Below, one piece after another: positions 35,960-49,611 of a DNA stretch of 64,000 nt (within the stretch, counting starts at the first letter, position 1; every line of letters begins with the position of its first letter). The translations under genes were made by a program, and so were the position numbers. The notes below the pieces were generated by a model. That model saw nothing but the letters and a program-made list of their open reading frames with translations. It had not been told where the DNA came from and searched no databases. Origin of the DNA: Dimargaris cristalligena (taxonomy: Eukaryota); the NCBI GenBank assembly GCA_003614675.1, contig ML002231.1, positions 1 through 64,000 on the forward strand. Reading direction: 5' to 3'.

Positions 35960-37922
35960 ATGCCGGGTAGGTTGGAGATAATCCCTCCCCCAGGGGCCCA
36001 TACTTTTTCGGAATTAAACTAACCCACTCGGGCCAATCAGCCTAACCTTCCAACAGCCCCTTCGATTGGAGGGAACTGGTGGCCCGAGTTTATTCATCCC
36101 TACTAAAGGAATGGGTGCCGAGTTGGCCATGGGAAACCCAACGACCTCTCACCCCTCTCCCCCGTCGCGAAATAGGTGACTAGGCTCGTCTTGTTACTAT
36201 GCCTACAATTGTTATCCACTTCCACCGGAATTAATCGACCATTCCTTCTACTGCGGCTATCGATATGGGCGAAAACCAACCCCACTCTACTTAGACTACC
36301 TCGAGGAACAACACAACGAAATTGACGTTCTCAAATCGATCTACCCCGAGGAATTCCAAGGCATGTAATCCCTTGGGGAAAACCATCGCACGCTCTATTA
36401 TTATGTACCTATTTGATGTGCTAACTTGGAGTGGTAACCATAATACCTGGCCTAAATGCCCACATTTGTTAATGCCGCCCTATTCTATCTGCGGTAATCC
36501 TTTTACTTGTTAAATACAGAGATACAGGACACCCCGCCGACGTTCGCCATCCAAGTTAATGCCGATAACTATAGCGAGCCATGTAAGTCCGTCAAATTAC
36601 ATTAGTTTATTTTCATACGAAGGGCTGGGCTATCCAGAGTACCGGTGTATAGATAATTATATAAAAACTGAAAGTTAATTTGGCCAAATATTGACTTGTT
36701 TACCTTACGAAATCACGGAACCACCCAACTCCCCCGATATAGGCTGGGTAAAATTACAAGTACAACTACCGACCGACTACCCCGACGTGAAGCCCGATTA
36801 TAAATTGGTTCTGGATGACTCGGATATCCTCACCTCGGCCGACAGGAAAAGACTATTGGAAGCTGTAAACCAGATGGTAAGTAACCCATAATTTGACATT
36901 GCCCAGAGGCCGAACCAGTGGAAGAATTCACACCCGGCATTGGAGCTCCGGATGTTCCTAGACTTTATGTTTTTGGCCATCATATAGGCGCTTGGTATTT
37001 TTGACGTTTCTAATATGCGAGTGAAAGTAACTGTCCCTAATTTATTTATTTTTATATGTTTTGGACTCGGTTAACCAATGCAATCGTTCCTCCGTCTAGG
37101 CCGAGGAATCAGTTGGCATGGTTATGATTTTCAGCCTGGCAAGTGTTCTAAAAGACACACTGGAGGATATCCTGGGAGAGAAGATGGCCGAGCGGAAGCG
37201 GCTCGATGAAGAGCGGGTGGCCAGGGAAATTGCGGTAAGTTACTAACCCAACCCATTCAAGTGCTGGGACAACATCTACCCTGTTAGTCAGGACCTTCTT
37301 CGTCAATTGTATATTCTTAGGTGCAGGTGGACATTGGTCATGTCTATATATATATATATATATATTTCTGGTGACTATGCCTGGTTGACTAATATTTGAT
37401 TGCTACCAACCCTGGGCCACCCCATGTTTTTGCGATAATTGATCTTGCGGCTGTCTGAATAATAGGCGGAACAGGAGAAATTCGTCGGCACAAAGGTTTC
37501 CGTTGAAACCTTTTTGGTGTGGAAGCACAAGTTTGATTCCGAAATGGAGGCCCTGAGAATGGGACAATTGGCCGGCAAGAAGTCCGTTGACAAGAAGAAT
37601 AAATTGACTGGTAAGTCCCAGCCTCGGCTTAGTTGAATATTCGGCCAATTTGGGGGTTATGGGAGGGGGGGTTTGTTAATTGAGCCATTGTCCTTGAGAG
37701 GGGGATTTCACTAACCGGCTCTTATCTTTTTATACCATAAATGTACTTCGATGGCTTACAGGGCGGCAGTTATTCGAGAAGGACTCTTCGTTGGCCCGGT
37801 CAGATGTTACTTTGATGGACGACGGAGATACCGCGGTAGACCCTACTTTATTTGAGAAACAGGCGACTATTCATGACGATGATGACGACGAAGGTGTACG
37901 GTCCGAGAACGAGGAGGAATGA
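35960..37922 (+). CDS. GIR2: RWD-domain protein Gir2/RWDD1 (DFRP2); exons 35960-35966, 36295-36360, 36520-36582, 36743-36876, 37100-37234, 37466-37610, 37762-37922
   Basis: Spliced product MPDYLEEQHNEIDVLKSIYPEEF...PPTFAI...DYPDVKP...AEESVGMVMIFSL...EKFVGTKVSVETFLVWKHKF...KLTGRQLFE with an acidic tail. All junction phases are consistent. Confidence 0.92.
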
Positions 37923-38521
37923 GCGTGAATGTGTGATATCCGGGGCGGAAGTGAATTTCAAGCATGCTTTCTAGCTCTTCCATTCTGCTCCCAGTATAAG
38001 CTGCTTTTTCTGAATTTATAGGCAAATAAAAAGATTACGGGAACACCTCTCCACGCTTGCCCTTTGAATAATTAGCCCGATTTCAATGACACCTCCGATA
38101 CTCTTCTGGTAGCACTGGACTCAGATTCATACAGCCTGTGAGGGTTGACGGAATGATAATTATTGCAGCCAATCGGCATTTGACAAGCCTTACCAACCTT
38201 TTCGAACTCCCATTGTGGGAGGAATTAATTGGCTGACGCCCTCCCTATCCCAGCCCTGGCTGCTGCTATGATAAACTATATTATATGAGAGAGAGCGTGT
38301 GTGTATGCTAATATCCCCCCTATAGAGCCCTCCCTCCTTATCAGTAGTAAAACCCAGCACCCTCTTTAGCTCTTCCAATCTCTCCACCTCTCTCTACCCA
38401 TTGCTGCTCATCATCTACTCCCCGTGTCACTCACTTTCTTTTTCGGTTTTAGATCGCCTTTTCATTCAATACCTAGTTTTCCACTACATCCCTTCATCAG
38501 CAATTACTCCAACTAACCAAG

Positions 38522-39356
38522 ATGGTAAGTTGACCCACCGGCTCTGTGTGGACAGTCAAGTCACGGCCCTACTTTCCAAGCCGCACCAACTAGCCACTGC
38601 TCTTATGTGGGGGAGCCCACTACTTCCCGCGGGCATTGCGGGAGGTCCAATGGTCTAAAATGCCTACCCTCATCTTGGGGGATGACTTGCCAGCCTAATG
38701 CGTACGCGCCATGGGAGGATACTCTGCCTCTCTGAACCAGTGTTTCCGCCAGGTCTAACGACTACCGTCTATGCCGCTTCCTCTTGTTTCACCCCCTACC
38801 CTACCCGGCCCAACGCGTTGTTTAGTCTGAATCGTCAAAGCCCCGGAATATGCGGTAAGTGACCAACTTCACTCTACGCGAGAGCGATCTTCCCCGACTT
38901 CGGGGGGAGCACCCTCACTATCTACGGTATGGACAGTACCCCCTCCTCCCTGCATGCCCAGTGTTTAGTTTGGGCACTATTCGGCTACGGGGAAGGGGTG
39001 CTTACTGGCCCTGCATTTAACAGTACTGTTATCACGTAGCTATTGGAAAGTTCGCCATTCTAACTCTCCGCCCTAACGCCCATCTATTTTCAATATTCGT
39101 GCATTTTGACTCCAATTTATCCCTTGGGCATACCGCATACATTAGTCGTCGCAACGTCGGGAGCACTGAGAAGAAGGAGAAGAGCCGGGCCACTGGTAGC
39201 ACACAGAACATGATGCGCCTGTACACCGAAGACGCCCCTGGCCTCCAGGTCGACCCCGTCGTTGTCTTGGTCCTGTCCCTTGTGTTTATTGCGTCAGTGT
39301 TTTGTCTACATATCTACGGCAAATTCACTCGCCCCGTGGCCGAAGCCCAACAGTAA
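38522..39356 (+). CDS. SEC61B: Sec61 translocon beta subunit; exons 38522-38524, 38826-38854, 39146-39356
   Basis: M|SESSKPRNMR|RRNVG...MMRLYTEDAPGLQVDPVVVLVLSLVFIASVFCLHIYGKF is the Sec61-beta signature. Confidence 0.95.
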
Positions 39357-40061
39357 TCAATGGCACAATTTTTGCCGATGCACCCGCCCGAGTCCGAAAT
39401 GTGTGAGATGGATGCTAAACCGGCACTTTTGAACGCCAATTCAATCAAAAAATGGGTTTACGACCAACTTAACTCCATCTCATAGGCACATCCATTGGCT
39501 ACCCCCCTCAACTCGCTGCACACTATGGGATTACTTTCACCAACTTTTCTCAATCCATCGTCTTTTATCTGTTTTTGGTTACATATCCATGCCAATCAAA
39601 CGGTATGCTTATATAAATATTTGATGTATCTAGCTTACTCTCGGGGGTTACCACTGCCATTTGTGTCTATAGGGGAGGGGAACGGAACGTACTTAAACTT
39701 TGCATTAACAACTTACACAGGCCATTCGCTCTACCATTCTACGTTTCAGTTTATCTACGCTGTAGGTTACACGTTACGTTTAATAAGTACTAAGGGGGTT
39801 GGAAAATCTCGGATCACTATTGAATTGAAATAGACAAGGGGCGAAAAAGGCACTGCACAATAACTATATATATCGGATCAGCGTCAAGCCACTCTTGAAC
39901 ACCGGATGGCATACAAGCCATTGATAATGGCAAAATGAAGGTCGATGGGGTATGCTAGAAAGGGTGATTCATTACGACGGGCCTCCAGAGGGGGTGTAGC
40001 TGCAGATGGACCCTATACGGTTTCGCCTTGAACGGAGGATGACTAGGAGGGAGGAGCAGGC

Positions 40062-40322
40062 CTAGGTTGACTTCTTAACGGCCTTTTTCTTTTCGGACTT
40101 GATCATGACCATGGCCAGGAAGGAGCCCACGACGGTGAGGCCCAGGAGGATCAGAACGACGGGGATCCGGATGGCGTATTCGCGGGGGAGGAAGAACTGG
40201 TGGAGCGGGTGATCGGCGTCAACGAAGGGCATGATTAAGGTCCAGATGGAGTAGTAGCCGAACACAGCCACGCTCAGGAGCAGCAGGAAGCCACCGACGG
40301 CCTTGTCTTGGAGGGCGGACAT
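40062..40322 (-). CDS. DPM2: Dolichol-phosphate mannosyltransferase regulatory subunit 2
   Basis: DKAVG...FGYYSIW...PFVDADHPLHQFFLPREYAIRIP, two TM segments and a C-terminal KKxx. Confidence 0.93.
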   Translation of the reverse strand: MSALQDKAVGGFLLLLSVAVFGYYSIWTLIMPFVDADHPLHQFFLPREYAIRIPVVLILLGLTVVGSFLAMVMIKSEKKKAVKKST

Positions 40323-40769
40323 TAGTTAGGAATGAAGATGGGTGGGGGGGTCGTTATACCACGAGACGATGCGGATGAGTAGAATGTGTTTATATAAGGA
40401 ATCGATTAATGGACAAGGGAATCAGTAACTTGGCTGCTGAACAAATAAGCAAAGTCAAGGTCAAGGCTGGCCTAACTCCGACGCTACTGAGGACAACACA
40501 CCCACAACAGGAGCCGGTCCCGTTGTGGGGAAGCAAAAGTTGACCACAGTAGTTTACTTCACTTAGACTTGGGCTTTGGGAAACGGGGTCAGACGACCCT
40601 GAGTTTCGAATATGGCTGGATGGGCTCTCATTCCACTTATTACCGACTCTACTACTACGGCTCTTTCCATCCAGTTTGTCCATTCGTACCTGCTTCTTAC
40701 TCTATCGCATTCTCTCACTCTCTTTTCCCCGGTCCCTTTAACTTGCCCATTCCACCACCTTCTACGCTT

Positions 40770-42324
40770 ATGCCCATACCCATACCCACCCGTGGTGGCC
40801 CTCCTCCGCCCGGCGAGTCCTGGGCGGCCTATCTGAAACGTCTGGTCTCCGACCCTTCGACCCCGGGCCCCTCGGCCGGCGAACCGCTTGAACCCCCTGG
40901 GACCCCCACCGTCGTCTCTTCCCGGTTAGCGAGCCGCGTCGGCCACTTCTTCAGTCCCACGGCTCCCCACCCGTATCCGTTCTACCTATTAACCACGGGC
41001 TGTGTCGCTACCGTAGGCTGGCTGCTTCACCGTGGATTCCGTCGTTTTCCAACCGCCGACCATTTACCGTTAAACTATATAGCCCGGCATAAACCCCTCC
41101 ACGGTCGGGTGGTCCGTATTTCCGATAGCGATAATTTCCGTTTATACCATACCCCTCCCCTCTGGTTCAAACCCATTCCGAACTTATCTAGAGGTAAATT
41201 TCTCTCTCTCTCTCTTTCCCATCTACGGATTGCGCGCTTGGCTATCATCCCCTATCCACTAGATTGCAGGTCGAATAGACCATTTGACACCATGCAGTTG
41301 CTATAACGGACCAACTCTAACCATTTGTATTCATTGGAACCATTGGTCGAAACTTAGAGTATATGAAGCAGACCATTCATATTCGTTTGGCGGGTATTGA
41401 TGCACCCGAGGTAGGTGTAGTACCAACCCGTACTGTATTTTGATCTACCCCTGGATAGCATTGATATGCTGCACCATACCTGATATTTGCTGCCCCTTAG
41501 AAAACGATCGCAATTCTGCCACGGCGGACATTCCAATCCCTATTTCGTCATCTGACACATACATACTACGCTAACCATACACACGTTGACATGCTTGATT
41601 TTATGCTTATCCACCGCCCCCTTTTTAACCAGTCTAAGTTTTTCTCTATGCCTGGCCAGCCGTTCGCCGCCGAAGCCAAACAATGGCTCACGCAACAGTT
41701 GGATCAACGGCGGATCACTGTGATTCCATTAGGCAAAGACCGCTATAACCGTTTGGTAAGACAAAAGAACCCCTCCCCCCACTTCGATTGAATCGGTAGA
41801 TATTAGTGACCACTGACTGACTGACACAAATCCTAACACCCCCTTAAATATTCTTACCTCTTGGCCAACTTCCACTATACCATCATTTTAGCTGGGCATG
41901 GTTTATGTACGGTCCTGGCTGTTCTTCAAGACCAACATTTCCTTGAAGATGGTGGGGGCCGGGTTTGCCACCATCTATCGCCAACACGGTGCCGAATACG
42001 GCGGAATATTACCCCAGTTGGAACTTGCCGAGCAGAAGGCCAGGTAAATTACAGTGGTTTCCTATTTACCAATGGGTATTAGCTATGGTTAGAAGCGGAG
42101 TAGTACCGTATGTGTCCCTCCCCTCCCCTTTCCCATTCGGTTCGATAAGCATTGTTTTAGGAATTACAGGCTAATGGACTTGCAGTTTTCTCTTTTTGGT
42201 CATTTTCCCCTTCAATACACTACCCCATTACCCACAACGTAGGGCCAAGAAACGGGGCATGTGGGCGCAGAATATGCGTAAGTATATAAGTCCGGCCGAG
42301 CACAAGCGGAAGTATCTATCGTAA
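40770..42324 (+). CDS. LCL3: Staphylococcal nuclease-like endonuclease LCL3; exons 40770-41193, 41358-41410, 41633-41755, 41892-42043, 42243-42324
   Basis: TM segment followed by RRFPTA...LHGRVVRISDSDNFRLYHTP...TIHIRLAGIDAPE...GQPFAAEAKQWL...KDRYNRL...ATIYRQHGAEYGG...AKKRGMW...SPAEHKRKY. Confidence 0.9.
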
Positions 42325-43306
42325 CGGAAATGACGCGGCCCCCTTTTGGGATAAACCATTTCCCCGGTGGCTGGCCTCAGTTTGGCTACCCCTTGTTCTT
42401 GCGTAGATGGTATACCCACTAACCTAGGGTTTGTATTTTATAGTCAGAAAGTCGAGCTCGGCTAAAGTGACACAATTCAGCGACAATATATGGGGCGGAT
42501 ATGCAGCGACCATGCCGTAAACCCCGCGGTTTATTTAGTATATACTGTATATGTAATCAATAAATATCTCTTCAATCTGATTGCAAATGTGCTGAACCAA
42601 GCTACCTGTTGTAGCTGGAGGGTCTATGTGGCATATAGCCCTATTTGTCAGGCAACGGCAAATGGGAGTAGTTCAACAAGACGATATAACGAAAAATCCA
42701 TTTGATGAGAAAAATACTACTGATTGAAAATAAACATCCCACCGATTTTCCCCTACACATATCAGTTAAAGCCTTATATAACCGAGCTGAACTTCACCCA
42801 AATTTAAACGCACATGTATGTAAATTGGGCTATATTTCTTGGTGTGTTCCCTGAGTGTTCGCAGAATAGTGATGCTTTGAAGTTAAAGCCGGGTCTCGGT
42901 TGTTCGTGGATAAATCTGTATGCCCCAGTGGCCCATACTATACGGCATGTTTTCTGTACAGGATACTGCATATTGACAACACTCAATAGCGCCTATTTGG
43001 AAGCATAATCTTCATGTGGGCTCTTGTTCATAATTTTTAGTGTTGTTTACAAAAAAAAAACCTAAAGAAAGAGGGCATATCACTAAAGTCTCAAAGGTAA
43101 ATATGATGAAACATGAGCATATAAGTAGAATATCGAAGTATGAAAATATAGCGCACATAAAAATAAAATAAAAAAGAGGAAATGAACTGAAACGAGTCGA
43201 AGCGAGGCTATCATTCAATAGCAAGGATCATTCGGCTTTGTGGCTCGCTTCAAAAGGCAAGGTTAGTTCAGTTCAGCTGTCTTATTAAGCGCATTAAAAA
43301 GAGCTT

Positions 43307-44530
43307 TTAGATTGCCCGGTCAAGGATGGGCAAAATATCCCGAATGTTGGGCCGCTGGGCCGGGTCGGTCACCAACATGGACTTGATTAATTTACTGACC
43401 ACGGGGGAGTACGGGTCGGAAGCAGGGATCGTATACTTGCCGTTCATCACGGCCAAGGCGATACTGCCGCCCTGCTCGTTCATTTGACTTTCAAACGGGG
43501 ATGGTCCGTAGGCCAGGGCGTAGAGGAGGGCGCCCAACGACCAAATGTCGACCTTTTCATCCAGGGTGGTATCGGTGGGCACGTCGAAGAGTTCGGGGGC
43601 CCGGTAGGGCATACTACAGTGTTCGGCGGCGTCGTCCTGTTCCTGGAGGGCCATTTGCCGGTTGGCGATGTAGACCCGGGCCTTGCGGGAGCTGCCCAGG
43701 TCCATGAGGACAGGGGTGATGCCGTCGTCGCGGAGCATGATATTGGCGGGTTTGATGTCGCGGTGGGCGTAGGGGGTGATGAGCAACCCGTCACTGGCGC
43801 GCTTGTACGATTCCACAGCGGAAGAGTCGCCTGCCTCCCCGTCGCCTGAGGAGAGGGGCGGGGAAACGGTCGAAGACGAAGTGGCCGAACCACCCCCGCT
43901 AGTATTAGTGTGACTTTGGCTTAGGGCGGGGAGTTCACCCTCCGCGTGGTATTCGTGCATGGCTTGCACGGCTTCGCAAATCTGGCGGAACAGACGCAAC
44001 AGAGCTGGTTCGGCCATGGCCGCACCTTCGAGACGTTCGGTCTGGATCCAGTCCTGGAGGTTGCCCCTTCGGTAGTAGGGCAGGAACATGTAGACGGTCT
44101 GGTCGACGGCGGGGGCGCTGGTGGAACTGGGACGCCGCCGGGCGGAAGCAGCAGCCGCGGCGTTGCTTTTGGAGCGGGGTTCCGCGATGAGCGAGCTGCC
44201 CGCGCCGCTGATGCCTTCGGCCACGTAAACGTCGCGCAACTTAATAATGCCCGAGTGGCGGAAGCGGCGGTACATGTCCACTTCCCGCATCGCGAGGTAA
44301 TAGCCGTCGGTGCCCGCGGCGCAGCGGATTTTCTTGACGGCGAATTCTTCCATGCTGGTGATATCCCGGACTAGGTACACCATGGAAAACCCGCCTTCCC
44401 CGAGGCGGGTGAGCACTTTGTAGGTGTGGCCGTTGATTTGCAGCACTTCGGGGCTGCTGGGGAAGCATTGGGCCACGGCGGTGCGGCCCATGTCCAACAC
44501 CGAAGTCATGAGATCTTGGAATACGCTCAT
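43307..44530 (-). CDS. ENV7: NAK-family Ser/Thr kinase, ENV7/STK16-like, intronless
   Basis: LGEGGFSMVYLV, FAVKKIRC, LPYYRRGNLQD, YAHRDIKPAN, LMDLGS, AAEHCSMPYRAPELFDV, GGSIALAV. First ATG at 44530. Confidence 0.9.
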   Translation of the reverse strand: MSVFQDLMTSVLDMGRTAVAQCFPSSPEVLQINGHTYKVLTRLGEGGFSMVYLVRDITSMEEFAVKKIRCAAGTDGYYLAMREVDMYRRFRHSGIIKLRDVYVAEGISGAGSSLIAEPRSKSNAAAAASARRRPSSTSAPAVDQTVYMFLPYYRRGNLQDWIQTERLEGAAMAEPALLRLFRQICEAVQAMHEYHAEGELPALSQSHTNTSGGGSATSSSTVSPPLSSGDGEAGDSSAVESYKRASDGLLITPYAHRDIKPANIMLRDDGITPVLMDLGSSRKARVYIANRQMALQEQDDAAEHCSMPYRAPELFDVPTDTTLDEKVDIWSLGALLYALAYGPSPFESQMNEQGGSIALAVMNGKYTIPASDPYSPVVSKLIKSMLVTDPAQRPNIRDILPILDRAI

Positions 44531-45932
44531 GGTGTGGGTATTCGAGGGGGGAGTGGTGCAGTAGAGATGTGGCAAGAATAGGAAGGGAGAGAGAGAGGTA
44601 TATAAGGTGTCAATAATGGGAGGAGGGACAATAGAGAAGATAAAATGGGCAGCAGCCTAAATTAGATGGTAGGCTCGGGACTGGATGGAGAAACCGCTTA
44701 GAGCGCCGTCCAGGGGAGGGGGAAGTGTGGTGGTGTTGAAGAGCCTGGGCTCGGTGTGAGCTGAAACCGATATGGGGGGGGAGGTGTGTTAAGTTAAGCG
44801 GGCGTGGCGATATTAATGGGCCTCGGCAACCGTCAGTATTGCATGGGGGGGAACAGTGTAAAATAGATATATCAACGAGTAGCGAAAGACAATAGAGTAG
44901 TAGTGGTGGTAGTGGGGGTGTAAAGCAGCACAACCGGGGCATTTCGAATACAAATAGGACCCAGTGCGTACGCTATATAAAGAGGGCCCACGCTGTGGAG
45001 GCTGGGCACCCATTATCCGGACCATTTATTATGATTTGAGGACACTGTCTTTTGGCATAACCATTTCACCAATGAACCACTTATATTTAAAACCAAACAA
45101 CTTCTCCATGTTATGTAGACGAATAAGAGCAACACTGGCTGCATACCTTGGCTAAAGCACGGCGAGTAACAGGATGAAATGTCCATTAGGTGAGGTATTA
45201 TAATACTGTCGGCTGATAATCCGGCACAGTTATCAATTGGTGTAGAAAGTTAGCGCAGTCCCCAGCCACGCCCCATCCTATTAATTCTCGATTCTACGCC
45301 AAGGGCGTATAATAAATAACAAATCGACCAGGTCACGAAAAAACCCACTACACTACACACCTCCCCCACTTCAAGCAATCAAGTAGCCGGGAAGTTATCA
45401 GCCGACCTCCATTACTAACGCTTATTTATACATATACAGCTAAATGGAGTTTAGCTGTGACTTCTTTAGTACGCCACACCATCGAGGCGTGGAAAAGTTG
45501 ATATACCTGCGCCCTTTGAAAGGCGACACAGCAGAGCCCCCGTAGTGCTGTGTAGTGGAGACATTACGGGCCTCGTTCTATTAATAACAAGAGTCGAGCT
45601 GAAAGGGCATACATAAGATACCCCCAAATAAAGGAAATATTTACAAAATCCCCATTACTCTACTCTACTCCACACACAGTACAGCAGCAACAGGGTCCCA
45701 CCACCACTGGTGGCTCTGAAGACTCCAAAAACAAACCCATTGGCTAGCATTATTTATTGTTGGGGAGAGATGATCCAAAAGCAAGCCACTCTTAAAGTGT
45801 AAAATAAGGCGTGTGTAAAGAAGTAGATAGATCGGTAGGTTAAGGTTGTATAGTGCCGCCAGTAATATATAATAGGTAAAAAGTGAGAGAGAATGCTAGA
45901 TGGAGTCAACAATACATGCTCCTTTGCAGCAT

Positions 45933-46895
45933 TTACTGCAGCTTGGAGGCCAGGGTATCTTCCATCTTCTTGCCGTCAGCGGCGAATTTACGGATACCCT
46001 CACTGAGTTTATCGGTGGCCATGGCATCTTCGTTCAGGGCCCAGCGGAAGGAGGCTTCGTTGAAGCTAACCTTGGTCTGGGACTGGGCCTGGGCGCGCTC
46101 GGCACTGAGGATCTGGGGCAGGGTGCCGGTCTTCTGCTGGAGTTCGGCCAAGAGACTGGGGCTGATGGTCAGATAATCGCACCCGGCGAGCTGTTCGATT
46201 TCGCCAATGTTACGGAAACTGGCGCCCATGACGATGGTGGAGTAGCCGTGCTGCTTGTAGTAGTTGTAGATGGTCTGCACGGACTGGACACCGGGGTCCG
46301 TTTCGGCGGAGTAGGTCTTACCGGTAGCGGCCTTGTACCAGTCCAGAATGCGGCCGACAAAAGGTGAAATAAGGGTGACTTGGGCTTCGGCGCAGGCCAC
46401 GGCCTGGCAGAAACTGAAGAGCAAAGTAAGGTTGCAGTGGATGCCGTGCTGGGCCTCGAGGGCCTGGGCGGCCTGGATACCCTCCCAGGTGGAAGCGATC
46501 TTGATCAGCACCCGCTTGCGGTCCACGCCGGCCTCTTCGTACAAAGCAATGAGGCGCTGGGCCTTGGCGATAGTGCCCTGGGTATCAAACGACAGCCGGG
46601 CGTCGACTTCGGTCGAAACACGGCCGGGGATGATCTTGAGGATTTCCAAACCGAAGTTAACCAGCAGCTTGTCAAAAGCCCAGGACAGCTGGTCCTCGGT
46701 GGTCTTGCCCTTGGCCTTACCGTAGACCACGGCTTCCTCCACCAACTTGGCGTACTGGGGCTTTTGGATGGCGGCCAGGATCAGAGAGGGATTGGTGGTG
46801 GCGTCGGTGGGCTTGTACTGAGCAATGGTCTCGAAGTCACCGGTGTCGGCCACAACGGTGGTGTACTGCTTGAGCTGGTCCAGGAAAGTCGACAT
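45933..46895 (-). CDS. TAL1: Transaldolase, intronless
   Basis: [37 protein letters not shown] (Schiff-base Lys), [20 protein letters not shown]. Confidence 0.98.
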   Translation of the reverse strand: MSTFLDQLKQYTTVVADTGDFETIAQYKPTDATTNPSLILAAIQKPQYAKLVEEAVVYGKAKGKTTEDQLSWAFDKLLVNFGLEILKIIPGRVSTEVDARLSFDTQGTIAKAQRLIALYEEAGVDRKRVLIKIASTWEGIQAAQALEAQHGIHCNLTLLFSFCQAVACAEAQVTLISPFVGRILDWYKAATGKTYSAETDPGVQSVQTIYNYYKQHGYSTIVMGASFRNIGEIEQLAGCDYLTISPSLLAELQQKTGTLPQILSAERAQAQSQTKVSFNEASFRWALNEDAMATDKLSEGIRKFAADGKKMEDTLASKLQ

Positions 46896-48619
46896 GGTTT
46901 ATATTTGGGTGGGTGAGTGAGTGGTACAGGGTAGAACAGGAGGAGGACTGCGAATGGGGGGGGGGAAGTATAGCAGTAGAAAGTTGATAAAGAAGTAAAG
47001 AGAGACGGTTGGTGGTGGTAGTGTTGTTAACCGGGGAGCGAGGGGCGGTTATTATATGTATGTTATATGAGGCCTGTCGTTAGCTAGCTAGTTAGTTAGT
47101 TAGTTGGCCCTGGGAGGAGGAAGTGAAACCATGGGCTGATCTGGCCTGTATATGTGCCATTGGTAATTTAATTAGTCACATCCCTCAGTGATATATTGGC
47201 CAGTGAGTTATTCACAGTCTAAAACCCGTAGTAATAAACTATGCTTGATTGGTAAGGTCCACCACTGGCTGGCTGACCAGGCTCTAACATCAACCACCAT
47301 TGCTATTGGAACGTAGAGTGGGAGAATCGCGTGGTGTTTGGTAAGCAGGGATGTAATACAATATCCATTTTATACCTAATTTCTTGGAGGTAAGTCAAGT
47401 AAAGTAGTAGTAGCTGTCATTCAACTAGTAGCAAAAGGAGGATTGCAAACTAATTACAAATAGATAGATACCACTCCAGCTCATTACAAGCCCAGGAAAA
47501 GATATAAGGTTGACAGAGATCGCCAAGCCGCGGACTTCCCGCCACTACCTACATTTCTTATCTAGAGTTGATTTGTCAAGGCGCGTACGTCTCTCTCGCC
47601 TCTATACACAACCCACCACCATTTCCGGCAGGCGCAATTACATACAATGTTAATAATAATAATAATCACCCCCAACTAATATGACGTATAGTTTATACCA
47701 CCCATTATAGACGGATCAAACGGAGTCGTATCTATAAACCCGCCACCATCTATTTCGACCAGTTTCCTGGCTATAGTTGGTCTCGACTTCTCTGTCGGGT
47801 CTTACTGAAATGGCACATCAAAATAGCACCAGAAATCGACTGACCAGCCCCCAACCATCGAGGTCAACGAGATTTGGCGACGAATCCACGCACGTCACCA
47901 ATGGGCCCCGTTTCTATTTCCTATACTGGGTATTTCCCGGGGATGCTGCCGGTCGGTCGAGTAGAGTTGGCTGTTGGTTACGAATCCCTTCCCACAAGGA
48001 CCGGCAGTGGATTTGATTTGGCATAGTATTCTGGCTTACATACGGTTGACGCCACCAACCTTAAGATTATAAACACCCTTGATCCCTATTGTGTTATTGA
48101 CTCCCTATGGAAGCCCAGTAACTGAAAACGTGTGCGTGCGTTCCTCCTGCCAGTAGAGTAAAATAGTATAATATAGTATACCAACTAATACCCGCATACC
48201 CTGCTCAAATAAAGTAAGGAAGGAAGGGGGAGGGAGGGACTAATTAGGCATCTATTCCGTCTCTTTCCCTAGTCCCCAATGCCAGGTAAAGCTATAGTAG
48301 TATCATCATCCCTTATTCCCACCCCACCACAGCTGGACCCTACTTTCCTGGCTTATCATACCCATCGGGGGAGGGTGACGGCATATTCCAAGGTCAAGTG
48401 ACCCCTCTTCGCTACTCTTTGTGATGGAGACGTTGTGGGATTGTTCCGCCGCAGCCCCTACAAACCGTCCCCGGATGGACGCCTCGATGCAACCTCAGTC
48501 TCTCTATACATTCATTCACCCATTCATTCTTTTATTGATTGCGTAAAAGTTATATGGGTAGAATAGAATCCTCTGGCTCGTGCTGGCGACAGATTAGGAG
48601 GAAGTGGCCCTATTCCAAG

Positions 48620-48643
48620 CTAAACTAAACTAAACTAAACTAA
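48620..48643. repeat. (CTAAA)n pentanucleotide microsatellite
   Basis: CTAAACTAAACTAAACTAAACTAA. Confidence 0.8.
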
Positions 48644-49611
48644 GCCCGCTGCGAACTCTCCCATACCCACAAGTCCACTTCTCGCCACCCATTTGTCGAC
48701 CGAGCTTGCGTTGGCCAAGTCTGATACCAAGTCTCTTCTCACAGCAACATTAATAAAATCCCCCCAAACAGGGGAGGGAGGTCTTCGGATAATAACGGGG
48801 GGTGGCGTATGAGCGTGATTCTATCCCTTGCTGCTGTCGTCAGATAATGGCTTAAGCCCATTCATTACTCTCTCTTCCCCGGATTTCCTGGTTCGCATCT
48901 AGGAGGCCCCCCATGGTGCGCGCCCGGGCCCATTTCATAATCATTTTATTAACTTCAGTACTCCTTAATATAGGAGGTGTTGAAGCCCCCCCCCCCCGAG
49001 TCATAGGAACACGTTCCTGGGATAAATAATCGCTCCTGCCCATTCAAAAGGGAATGGATGGCTGATGGATTTTAATCACAGAAGAAAAATGCCAACCAAC
49101 CTGCATCCTAGAAATGCAAACCAGAGGCACATCCATGGGTCGGGCGGGGTATAGTGTTAAGCTGGGTTAGGCAGAAGTTAACCGCGTAGTCAAATCCCAT
49201 GACCATACTCCATTTGGGATTAAGTCGGTCGAATATCAATCAGGCCAACTGATACGGATAAGACAGGTGTTATCAGGGCATCTTTGAAGCATAACATTCG
49301 ACATTTATCACCATTAGCACGCCCGGTATATTCAACTGATATCATTTTGCTTAGCCAAAAGCACAATGGAAAAGTATCATTATGTCCATACCCAGAAATA
49401 TAAAGACCCGGAATTAACCCTACCCCACTTATCCCATGTTTGGCATATGACCCACCACCACTACCTTACTCTGTAAAGGGTACGTAATGGCAGTGGGATA
49501 TGCGACCTATTATAATCCTCCAGGACACTACTGAACCCACGTGATATTTTTTCTTCTTGGCATTAAGGAACCCATAGATTGATCTGGTCATGGGATATAC
49601 ACCCTAATCAA

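Noticed and set aside
45900..45950. Transaldolase ends ...SKLQ*, one residue from a PTS1; possible cryptic peroxisomal isoform
   Set aside because: SKL is not terminal. The stop is TAA in a non-readthrough context and the extension (MLQRSMYC) has no PTS1. No splice route to a terminal SKL was seen.
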